Source: Candidatus Babelota bacterium (lineage in GTDB: Bacteria; Babelota; Babeliae; Babelales; CAIQNR01). From it: a stretch of DNA of 64,000 nucleotides. Positions 56,560 to 64,000 of this stretch are shown here, piece by piece (within the stretch, counting starts at the first letter, position 1; the number at the start of each line of letters is the position of its first letter). Location: the NCBI GenBank assembly GCA_965658655.1, contig CBFHTA010000001.1, forward strand, positions 40,722 through 104,721. The letters run 5' to 3'. Below the pieces are notes generated by a model. It was not told the origin of the DNA. It saw only the letters and a list, made by a program, of their open reading frames with translations, and made no database searches. Both the position numbers and the translations under genes were made by a program.

Positions 56560-57726
56560 CTAACAGTAATTTGTTGACCCGTTAACTACTTCACATACAT
56601 ATTCAACCTCCTGCTTTTTCAGTAACGGATACAGAGGTAAGGAAAGAGTTTGTTCTCCAATAACATAAGCAATAGGAAAATCTTGTTGCTTATATCCATA
56701 TTTTTTTCGATAGTAACTCATAGTGTGAATAGCTCGATAGTGAACAGCAACACCAATGAGATATTTCTGCAGGTGTAAAAGAAACTTATCTCGACAATCT
56801 GCCCAAATAGTATAAACATGATACGCATGCTTACTATTAGCTAAAATATTTGGTTTAGAAAAAGACAATAAAGTATTACTATACTGTTCCACCAAGGCTT
56901 TTCTTTTTTGATATAAATCATCAATCCTCTCTAACTGATGCAATAAGATAGCTGCTTGAATATTAGTCATATTGCACTTCATACCAAGAAACTCCATATC
57001 ATAATGTTGGTATTTTTCAGTATAACGATCGGCAGCATTTGCAGACAATCCATGCCCTCGTGCCTGCTTTAACCAAGCATACATATCTGCCGAATGAGTT
57101 GCTATTGCTCCACCTTCGCCAGAAGTAATATTTTTTGTTGCATAAAAACTAAAACAAGCAGCATCTCCTAATTGTCCAGGCTTATAACCGTCACGTTCCC
57201 CCTCAACGCAATGTGCCGCATCTTCTATAACAGCAAGTTTATGCACTTTTGCAATTGCCACAATAGTTTTCATATCACACATCTGACCATATAAATGTAC
57301 AGGTATAATTGCTTTAGTTTTAGATGTTATAGCTTGTTCAATAAGTTGTGCATTAATATTACCTGTAGATTCTTCTACATCCACAAAAACAGGTGTTGCC
57401 CCTACAGACTCAATGGCATTTGCTGTTGCAACATAAGAAAGTGGAGTCGTAATAACTTCATCACCTAGACCGATTTTAAAATATTTCAAACAAAGCTCTA
57501 ATGCATGAGTGCAAGACATCGTACCAACTGAAAATGAAACATCAAGATACTGAGAAAAAGCTATTTCAAACTGCTGAGTAACTTTACCTGTAGTCAAAAA
57601 CGTAGAATCTAAAACGCGCATAACCTCTTCTTTATCAATCGCAGTAAGATTATGTTTAAAATACTCAATTTTTTGCTTCTCTATTTCTAGAGAATGGCTC
57701 TTTATTCTTTGCTTCTCTAAATTCAT
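56560..57726 (-). CDS. DegT/DnrJ/EryC1/StrS (ArnB-like) sugar aminotransferase
   Basis: SCTHAL, GDEVIT, GATPVFVD, IPVHLYG, IEDAAH, FSFYATKNITSGEGG, LSLPLYP. Confidence 0.95.
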   Translation of the reverse strand: MNLEKQRIKSHSLEIEKQKIEYFKHNLTAIDKEEVMRVLDSTFLTTGKVTQQFEIAFSQYLDVSFSVGTMSCTHALELCLKYFKIGLGDEVITTPLSYVATANAIESVGATPVFVDVEESTGNINAQLIEQAITSKTKAIIPVHLYGQMCDMKTIVAIAKVHKLAVIEDAAHCVEGERDGYKPGQLGDAACFSFYATKNITSGEGGAIATHSADMYAWLKQARGHGLSANAADRYTEKYQHYDMEFLGMKCNMTNIQAAILLHQLERIDDLYQKRKALVEQYSNTLLSFSKPNILANSKHAYHVYTIWADCRDKFLLHLQKYLIGVAVHYRAIHTMSYYRKKYGYKQQDFPIAYVIGEQTLSLPLYPLLKKQEVEYVCEVVNGSTNYC

Positions 57727-57727
57727 A

Positions 57728-58501
57728 CTATTCCCCTCTCCAATGTTTATGATAAAGCAAAGCTACTGATTTACTTAAAAAACCCATTTTTTGATAAAGA
57801 CGGTTAGCGGGAATATTTTCTAATTGTGTTGTCACAAAAAGTTTTTTATCAAATTGATAAGCATACTTAATAGCTTTTATTAATAAATCCTGCCCCAGCC
57901 CTCGACCTCTAAATTTTCTATGAACAGCAACTAAATCTATATATACCCCCTCTGTCTTACACTTTAAAGAAATAAACCCCATGGGAGTGTTTTTTTCATA
58001 TGCAACAAATATTTTATCCGCATATCCAGAAAACGTATTCTTTATCCATTGTCGATAAAGTGTTAAGGCTCCTGATTCCCCAATAAGAGAATCTTTTGCA
58101 TAATGACTTGTTATAGACAGGTCTCGTATCATCTCCTGCCAATAAGAACTGTCTTCATCATATTTAAATGAATCTATAAAAGTATATTTTGTACTTTTTT
58201 TGATTTCAGAGCTTTTATATTCATATATTATCTTAGAACTTGTTAATTGATGACCTTGATTATGTGAAATAAAAGATCCAAGATCTTCAAAAGACACCGT
58301 TGTGAAAAGCAAGGTTATGTTGTTGTGTTTTACCCATATATTAAGATCAGATTCTGAAACATACTGATAAGCAGGTTCCCAATTGCAACGAGCAACTCCA
58401 ACTTGTAAGAGCTCCGTATCAAAAGACTCTCTAATGAGAATCTGATCGAGTATACAATTACTGTTTACTTGACCACTTAAAAGCTTTTTCTGAATATCCA
58501 C
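57728..58501 (-). CDS. GNAT acetyltransferase, WecD-like (NDP-amino sugar N-acetyltransferase)
   Basis: SHYAKD, LYRQWI, IDLVAV..FRGRGLG, VTTQLENIPANRLYQKMGF. Confidence 0.85.
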   Translation of the reverse strand: MDIQKKLLSGQVNSNCILDQILIRESFDTELLQVGVARCNWEPAYQYVSESDLNIWVKHNNITLLFTTVSFEDLGSFISHNQGHQLTSSKIIYEYKSSEIKKSTKYTFIDSFKYDEDSSYWQEMIRDLSITSHYAKDSLIGESGALTLYRQWIKNTFSGYADKIFVAYEKNTPMGFISLKCKTEGVYIDLVAVHRKFRGRGLGQDLLIKAIKYAYQFDKKLFVTTQLENIPANRLYQKMGFLSKSVALLYHKHWRGE

Positions 58502-59420
58502 TATACTTCCTTACTATATACAATGGTCGATTCTTTACCTCCACATAAATCCTACCTACATATTCTCCTATAATACCTACAACACACAATTGAACACCAC
58601 CTACAAATAAGATTGCAACCATAGTAGATGCCCAACCCATTACTGCAACCCCCGTTGTAAAATATCGAATAATGACTGTACAGCCTAGTAAAAAACTGAA
58701 CAAAGTAAACAAGAACCCTAGCAACGTAATAAAGCGCAAAGGAAACTGAGAAAAAGAAACAATAGCATTCAAAGCAAGCTGCAATTGCTTTAAAAAAGAA
58801 TATTTAGTAACACCATATCTGCGCTCCCCATGCTTAACTTCAACAAATGTGTGTTTAAAACCAACCCATCCAATAAGCCCCAATACATATCGTTGTTTTT
58901 CTTGCAAAGCACATACAGCATCTACAACAGGGCGAGTCATAATTCTAAAAATAGAGCTACTAATCTCTATATTTTCATTAAGCAAAAACTGCATAATTTT
59001 TATAAACAAAGCTGACGATATCTTTTTAGTCCACCGAAATTTTTTTTCTTTCCGCCATCCATAGACAACGTCGTATCCGGTTTGAAGCTTACTGTAGAGC
59101 TTATTAATTTCCTCGGGCTGATCCTGAAGATCACCATCCATAATCACCACATAGTCTCCTGTAGAGTGCTCCAAGCCGGCACTAACTGCAATATGGTGGC
59201 CAAAATTACGAGAAAACTGAATCAACCTATATATTGAACTTTTAAAAAACAACTTCTCTACTACTTGTGCTGTTCTATCTGTACTGCCATCATCTATAAA
59301 GATAATTTCGTGTTCAAGCTGAGCAAAATTTTTTTTTAAAGCATTCTCTAATCGATCTGCAAGAACAGAAATAGTTTCCTCTTCATTAAAAACAGGAATA
59401 ACAATAGACAATCTTTTCAC
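58458..59420 (-). CDS. GT2 polyprenyl-phosphate glycosyltransferase (GtrB/ArnC-like)
   Basis: IVIPVFNEE, DDGSTD, SRNFGHH, DGDLQDQPE, GWAST, GEYVGRIY..RPLY. Confidence 0.92.
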   Translation of the reverse strand: MKRLSIVIPVFNEEETISVLADRLENALKKNFAQLEHEIIFIDDGSTDRTAQVVEKLFFKSSIYRLIQFSRNFGHHIAVSAGLEHSTGDYVVIMDGDLQDQPEEINKLYSKLQTGYDVVYGWRKEKKFRWTKKISSALFIKIMQFLLNENIEISSSIFRIMTRPVVDAVCALQEKQRYVLGLIGWVGFKHTFVEVKHGERRYGVTKYSFLKQLQLALNAIVSFSQFPLRFITLLGFLFTLFSFLLGCTVIIRYFTTGVAVMGWASTMVAILFVGGVQLCVVGIIGEYVGRIYVEVKNRPLYIVRKYSGYSEKAFKWSSKQ

Positions 59421-60436
59421 AATTGTATTCTTCTTAAACTCGTATCAAACAATCCTTTATCTATTTTATCTTTTAAACTCGCTATTCGAACAAAAGAAGA
59501 ACTCTTCAGACGCTCTATTGGATATTTCTTAAGATTTTCATATAAATCTAAAATGCCTTCCTTCAGAGAGATAGTCTTACGTCCTGGAAATGTTCCTTCA
59601 AAGCGCATACAACTAATTTTATAATTTCGACCATCTTTTCCATCTGTAGGAATTTTTTCTACCAAGCATTCAGGACAACATTCCTGAACATAACGAGCAA
59701 TACCTGTTACTTGATAATTTTCTTGAGTAGATCCGATATTAAAAATTTTATTATGTACTTGATCTTTTGAAGCACTAAGGATCGTTTTATACGCGGCAAC
59801 AACATCATCGATATGAATTAAAGGACGCCACAATGTTCCTTCTCCAAAAATCTTTAATGGTGTCCCTACAAGAACATTTCTAACAAAAATATTCACCACT
59901 AAATCAAAACGAATACGAGGGGAAAAACCATAAACAGTCCCTGCTCGAACAAATACAGGAGAAAAGTCTTCTGTGGCAAGCTTTTGTATCTCTTGCTCTG
60001 CTAGTAGTTTTGATTTTGCGTAAGCTGTCTGTGGTCTTAAATGAGCCTGCTCATTTAAGAGTTTATCTCCTCCTCCTCCATACACAGAGCAAGAACTTGC
60101 AAATATAAATCGCTTAACTCCTGCTTCACGAGCCAATAAAGCAACTCTCACAGCAGCATATGTATTAATCTCATATGTTAAATCAATATTAATCTCCCCC
60201 AATGGATCGTTACTTAACCCTGCCAAATGAATTATTGTATCAAATCCATTTAAGTCTTCTACTGTAAGATCTCGTATATCTTTTTCTTTTGTAATCTCCT
60301 GAGAAATACCCAGAAGCTCATCGTGTAAAAATAAATTACTATCAATTCCTGAAATATTATATCCCTCAACGAGAAGATCAGGAACTAAAACAGACCCTAT
60401 ATACCCATTTGCCCCAGTTACTAAAACTTTCTTCAT
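59417..60436 (-). CDS. NAD-dependent NDP-sugar epimerase/dehydratase (extended SDR)
   Basis: VTGANGYIG, HLAGLSNDP, ASSCSVYG, YAKSK, RFDLVVN, WRPLIH. Confidence 0.92.
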   Translation of the reverse strand: MKKVLVTGANGYIGSVLVPDLLVEGYNISGIDSNLFLHDELLGISQEITKEKDIRDLTVEDLNGFDTIIHLAGLSNDPLGEINIDLTYEINTYAAVRVALLAREAGVKRFIFASSCSVYGGGGDKLLNEQAHLRPQTAYAKSKLLAEQEIQKLATEDFSPVFVRAGTVYGFSPRIRFDLVVNIFVRNVLVGTPLKIFGEGTLWRPLIHIDDVVAAYKTILSASKDQVHNKIFNIGSTQENYQVTGIARYVQECCPECLVEKIPTDGKDGRNYKISCMRFEGTFPGRKTISLKEGILDLYENLKKYPIERLKSSSFVRIASLKDKIDKGLFDTSLRRIQL

Positions 60437-60480
60437 TACCTATATCCTTTTAAACCTTGTCTTACTTTAAAGTACAAGCT

Positions 60481-61605
60481 TCATTCTATTTTCCTTAAAC
60501 AATACGTTAAGCTATAAATACCGTATACAAAAGCCATTGCTGCTAGGCCAGACAAATACGATGCGCGTGGAACTACCATAAGTCCAGGAAGCCCAGCAAC
60601 CACCATTGAAATCCAAAAAATATATTCTAAAATTCCTTTAGGATAAAAATAAGCAGCAACTAAACCAATATTGGCACACGCGATAACAAAGAATAATAAT
60701 ACCCCCAATTTTGCAAATAAAATCGATCCAAATAGAAAGCGCTCTTTACTGACAATCCTCAACACTTCATTTTTTAAAATTTTTTCGTACTCAGAAGAAT
60801 GATAAAGAATATGAGGATTTATCTTACGAGCTGCTTGAGCTGCACAATTATCGTTATATTTTATTTCAAGATAATTATCGACATACCCCAACCCTGCATA
60901 CACATTGTGCCAAAAAGAATGTGTATACGGAACAGTTTCTTTAACTCCATGCATAAACATATAAGATTGAGAACGCTTTATTAAAGTATTCATATGCTGT
61001 GCTGAAATACTTATACCAGCGATAAAAAAACATCCTAGTACTATTTTGCGCACCAACACAATACGAGAAGCAAATAATATAAAAAGTACTATAAATATAA
61101 GAACAGACAGGGAACTATATATTCGAATGTAATGGCAGTATCCCAACATCAACCCAACTAAAAAACTATATATATAATGATACCAAAAAATTTTTTTTTG
61201 TTTTTTAAATACATATAAAAACAAAGGAATAACACTAAAAGTACAAAAAATAGCTGCAATATAGGTATCAGTTACTCTAAAAAAACCCTCTCTATAAAGA
61301 AAAAAAGAACTTAAAACAGAATACAAAGTAATCCACCAATTACTCAATAAACGTATACCAATTACAAATACAATACCGGAAAAAGCAAGCATACTATAAA
61401 AAAAATAATCAATTGCTCTGGGTAATGGAATAGAAAACTTTTGACAAATCAACGGAATAAAATAATAAATACCAACGTCATCTGCTCCTGCTTGAGCTAT
61501 AGATACCAAACTATTATTTATTTTTGCTAAAAAAAAGCATCCAGTTTCTTGCAGTGCCTCTAAAGTTCTACCTAAGTTTACCATTCTGACATTCATAAGA
61601 TTCAT
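60481..61605 (-). CDS. GT-C-like multi-pass membrane protein, family A copy 1
   Basis: ADDVGIYYFIP, RIYSSLS, HSFWHNVYAGLGY, NDNC, FAKLG, LPGLMVVP. Confidence 0.6.
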   Translation of the reverse strand: MNLMNVRMVNLGRTLEALQETGCFFLAKINNSLVSIAQAGADDVGIYYFIPLICQKFSIPLPRAIDYFFYSMLAFSGIVFVIGIRLLSNWWITLYSVLSSFFLYREGFFRVTDTYIAAIFCTFSVIPLFLYVFKKQKKIFWYHYIYSFLVGLMLGYCHYIRIYSSLSVLIFIVLFILFASRIVLVRKIVLGCFFIAGISISAQHMNTLIKRSQSYMFMHGVKETVPYTHSFWHNVYAGLGYVDNYLEIKYNDNCAAQAARKINPHILYHSSEYEKILKNEVLRIVSKERFLFGSILFAKLGVLLFFVIACANIGLVAAYFYPKGILEYIFWISMVVAGLPGLMVVPRASYLSGLAAMAFVYGIYSLTYCLRKIE

Positions 61606-63089
61606 GCAGGCACAACCCCTTTTAATTTTTTTCTTTTAAGAAATCGAACTAAATATAAAACTATGCAATATCCGGCATAACCTGCGCATACAGGATAAAT
61701 AAAATAGAAAGGAGTTACATATCGATGCTCTGGATGAGATATAATTGCTGGAGCAATTCCTCCAGCAGTCAAAGAGATCAAAAGCCCTAATAAAAAATAA
61801 TTTCTATTATATAGTAGGCAAACAGCTCCAAAATACCCCATCAACATAAAGAGTCGTACATACCATCGTCTAAATAAAAATTCTAACAAACTCAGAAAAC
61901 CGAATGAGTAAGCAACCTTTAAACGATCTCCATAATGAGAAAAACTATTATAATATTCCCAGTTCCATCCAGGAGTAATACTCCATGTAAGATCCAAGAA
62001 CAGAACCTTTTTAATGCGCCAGAAAAAACCTTTAAACCAAAAAACTGGGTCTTGCCAAAACCATTCCCAAAAAGCTTCTTTCATTTTATCATCCATTTTT
62101 TGAGTACCAATGAAAGATTCATCCAAATTAAAACGCTCCCTGGTATAACTAGTTACACAAGAATCACAGTATAAACCATTATTGGTGTCTGGGCACTGTG
62201 GATTAATCTTATTAGGACCTCTCCAACCCATACTATCTAGAAGCTGTTGGCCACTTGGAGCCGCAAAATATCTTCCATGCACTTTTTTATTAAATAAAGT
62301 CCAAGGTATCCAGAAACCTCCTATATTTGTGCCAATTAAAATAAAGGCAACCATCAAAACCGATTGCAATTGTTTTCTTTTGTCACAAAAAGCATAAACC
62401 CATGTAAAAAGAATACCCAAAACAAGAGGCCCAAAAATGGTTGGGCGCATCCATTGACAAAGAGCTACAAACAAACCCCCTATGACAGTTTTTTTTACAG
62501 AAACATTTTCATAAAATACTTTCATAAAGAGATAAAAAAGAACAACTGCCCCGTAAAAACAATATACATCTCGTATAGGATTTACATTCAAAAAAAGTAA
62601 AGGTAAAAAAAAAGAGACAAAACAAGCAGATAAAAGTGCGCTACCTTTTGGTAAAACAAGAAGCAAGCCCCAATAAAGCAATAAACAAGAAAATGCAAAA
62701 AGTAAGATCTGCAAAACCTGCATATCATAGTACTTTAAAGACCCTGTCACTTTCCACACTAAACCCATTAACCATCCATACCCAGGGTGCTCAAAAACAG
62801 GGATTTTTTTTTTGTCTGTTACTTTATTCACTTGGATTCCATTAGAATAAACAACAGAGTCTTTATAATAAGAAAAATTATTATATTTATAAACAGAGTA
62901 TGCTAGCTTTGTAGGGGTTTCAGGATAATAAGATCCATTTTTTTTTATAGCATTATAATAAGAGAAGAAAAAAAGTAACGTCATTGTTAAAGAGCAAAGA
63001 ATAACAATATACTCATTTTTATAATTGTGCCAAAATGCGTTCCACGTGCTTCTTCCATGTATACTGCTCAAGGACTTTTTCACGAGCAT
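61602..63089 (-). CDS. GT-C-like membrane glycosyltransferase, family C copy 1
   Basis: EHPGYGWLMGLVWKVTGS, QWMRPT, FWIPW..FNK..GRYF, SHPEHRY. Confidence 0.62.
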   Translation of the reverse strand: MLVKKSLSSIHGRSTWNAFWHNYKNEYIVILCSLTMTLLFFFSYYNAIKKNGSYYPETPTKLAYSVYKYNNFSYYKDSVVYSNGIQVNKVTDKKKIPVFEHPGYGWLMGLVWKVTGSLKYYDMQVLQILLFAFSCLLLYWGLLLVLPKGSALLSACFVSFFLPLLFLNVNPIRDVYCFYGAVVLFYLFMKVFYENVSVKKTVIGGLFVALCQWMRPTIFGPLVLGILFTWVYAFCDKRKQLQSVLMVAFILIGTNIGGFWIPWTLFNKKVHGRYFAAPSGQQLLDSMGWRGPNKINPQCPDTNNGLYCDSCVTSYTRERFNLDESFIGTQKMDDKMKEAFWEWFWQDPVFWFKGFFWRIKKVLFLDLTWSITPGWNWEYYNSFSHYGDRLKVAYSFGFLSLLEFLFRRWYVRLFMLMGYFGAVCLLYNRNYFLLGLLISLTAGGIAPAIISHPEHRYVTPFYFIYPVCAGYAGYCIVLYLVRFLKRKKLKGVVPA

Positions 63090-63999
63090 TTTCTCCTATT
63101 TTGTTTCTTTCTTTTGTTGAAATATGTAAGCATAATTCACACGCTTTGACAAATCCTTGCACATCTAAAGGAGAAACCAAAATACCAACCTGTTGTTCTA
63201 TTAAAACATTTTTTACTTGAGTGCTATGATCTAAAAAAACAGCCGGGCTTAGAACTTCAGAAAGCTGCTCTAAGTCAGAAGCTATAACTGGCTTTGCCAT
63301 ACTCATATACTCAAATAACTTTGTAGGAGAACCAAAAAAACGAGTTCCATCTGCATTAGGAGCTGTAGGACATAAATAAGCATCGCACGCAGCAAGATAT
63401 TCTGGCGCTAAGTGTTGCGCAACTTTTCCTGTTAAGATTACCTGCCCAGTATCAATATATTTTTTAAGTTTTTGCTCAATAGAAGATTTTAGTGTGCCAT
63501 CTCCTATTAATAAAAAACGTGCATGAATGTATTTCTCGCAAATAACAGGAATAATTTTTTCAAGCATTGGAATACCATGCCAATGTCCAAACGTTCCAAT
63601 AAAACCAAATGTAAAAGTATCTCTTAGTTTATATTTTTCACGAATAATTGTACGTTTTTTCACTAATTTTGCCCCACTAAAAATTTGTTCTTCTACACCA
63701 TTCGGATTTACCAATATCTTTTCACAATCAACCCCACGATCTACTAAGTCATCTTTAAGCGCTTGTGAAACAGCTACAATTTGGGCTGCATGCTTTAAAT
63801 TTAAATTCTCAACCCAATAAGACAACTCAGTAAAACCAAACCAGCGCTTATACCAAGGATCAAAAGGTGAAGGTTTAAACCAATAAGCTTCCGAACCATT
63901 ATACTCAAGAATCAAGGGAATTTTACTATAAGCACTAAGCAAAACACCTGTAAAATTTAAAATGCTATATCGCTGATAAATAAGCTCAAATTTATATTT
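63019..63999 (-). CDS. GT4 (GT-B) glycosyltransferase, 5'-truncated by window edge
   Basis: Frame open to the window end; VNPNGV, GFIGTFGHWHG, IGDG, GSPTKLFEYMSMAKPVIASD, YTW. Confidence 0.9.
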   Translation of the reverse strand, partial: KYKFELIYQRYSILNFTGVLLSAYSKIPLILEYNGSEAYWFKPSPFDPWYKRWFGFTELSYWVENLNLKHAAQIVAVSQALKDDLVDRGVDCEKILVNPNGVEEQIFSGAKLVKKRTIIREKYKLRDTFTFGFIGTFGHWHGIPMLEKIIPVICEKYIHARFLLIGDGTLKSSIEQKLKKYIDTGQVILTGKVAQHLAPEYLAACDAYLCPTAPNADGTRFFGSPTKLFEYMSMAKPVIASDLEQLSEVLSPAVFLDHSTQVKNVLIEQQVGILVSPLDVQGFVKACELCLHISTKERNKIGENAREKVLEQYTWKKHVERILAQL

Positions 64000-64000
64000 C

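Noticed and set aside
45261..62613. Homopolymer runs (A10 at 45261, C7 at 52587, T9 at 61191, A9 near 62605) as phase-variation switches
   Set aside because: Expected in AT-rich Phe/Lys-rich membrane genes and all ORFs are intact; read-level length variation would be needed
1116..63820. Many short ORFs in the track (e.g. 1743-2000, 19047-19445, 28978-29304, 36469-36804, 63527-63820)
   Set aside because: They are antisense or out-of-frame shadows inside well-supported genes, with no RBS or motifs
1..64000. CRISPR array, rRNA, IS elements
   Set aside because: No regularly spaced direct repeats, rRNA-like segments or transposase motifs seen; coding density leaves no room

Overview
AT-rich bacterial chromosomal window read with genetic code 11. 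The content resembles a host-dependent, protist-associated bacterium, most like Ca. Babeliae/Dependentiae (TM6); this is inferred from gene style only, as no rRNA is present. Bases 1-39.7 kb are housekeeping genes (tRNA-Arg, a partial F-ATPase operon with a Na+-type c subunit, dNK, recD2, amidase plus GerMN-like, MscS/MscK-like, recO, two M3 peptidases, uvrB, leuS, rpsA, ndk, murI, nusB, efp). These are interspersed with orphan signal-peptide proteins, including an ankyrin protein and two tandem proteins with eukaryote-type C2H2 zinc fingers and basic NLS-like patches. Bases 39.7-64 kb are a surface-modification region with two parts. The first is a kinase-like/methyltransferase fusion, a small YIDPGTGS membrane peptide and an LtaS/sulfatase-like enzyme. 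The second, after an opposite-strand glyA + methyltransferase pair, is a tightly coupled operon of about 19 kb with 4 GtrB/ArnC-like GT2s, 8 GT-C-like multi-pass proteins in three paralog families, an N-acetyl-amino-sugar pathway, a GT4 and a transglutaminase-like protein. No CRISPR, rRNA, integrase or transposase was seen. All calls come from reading motifs by eye; no searches were run.
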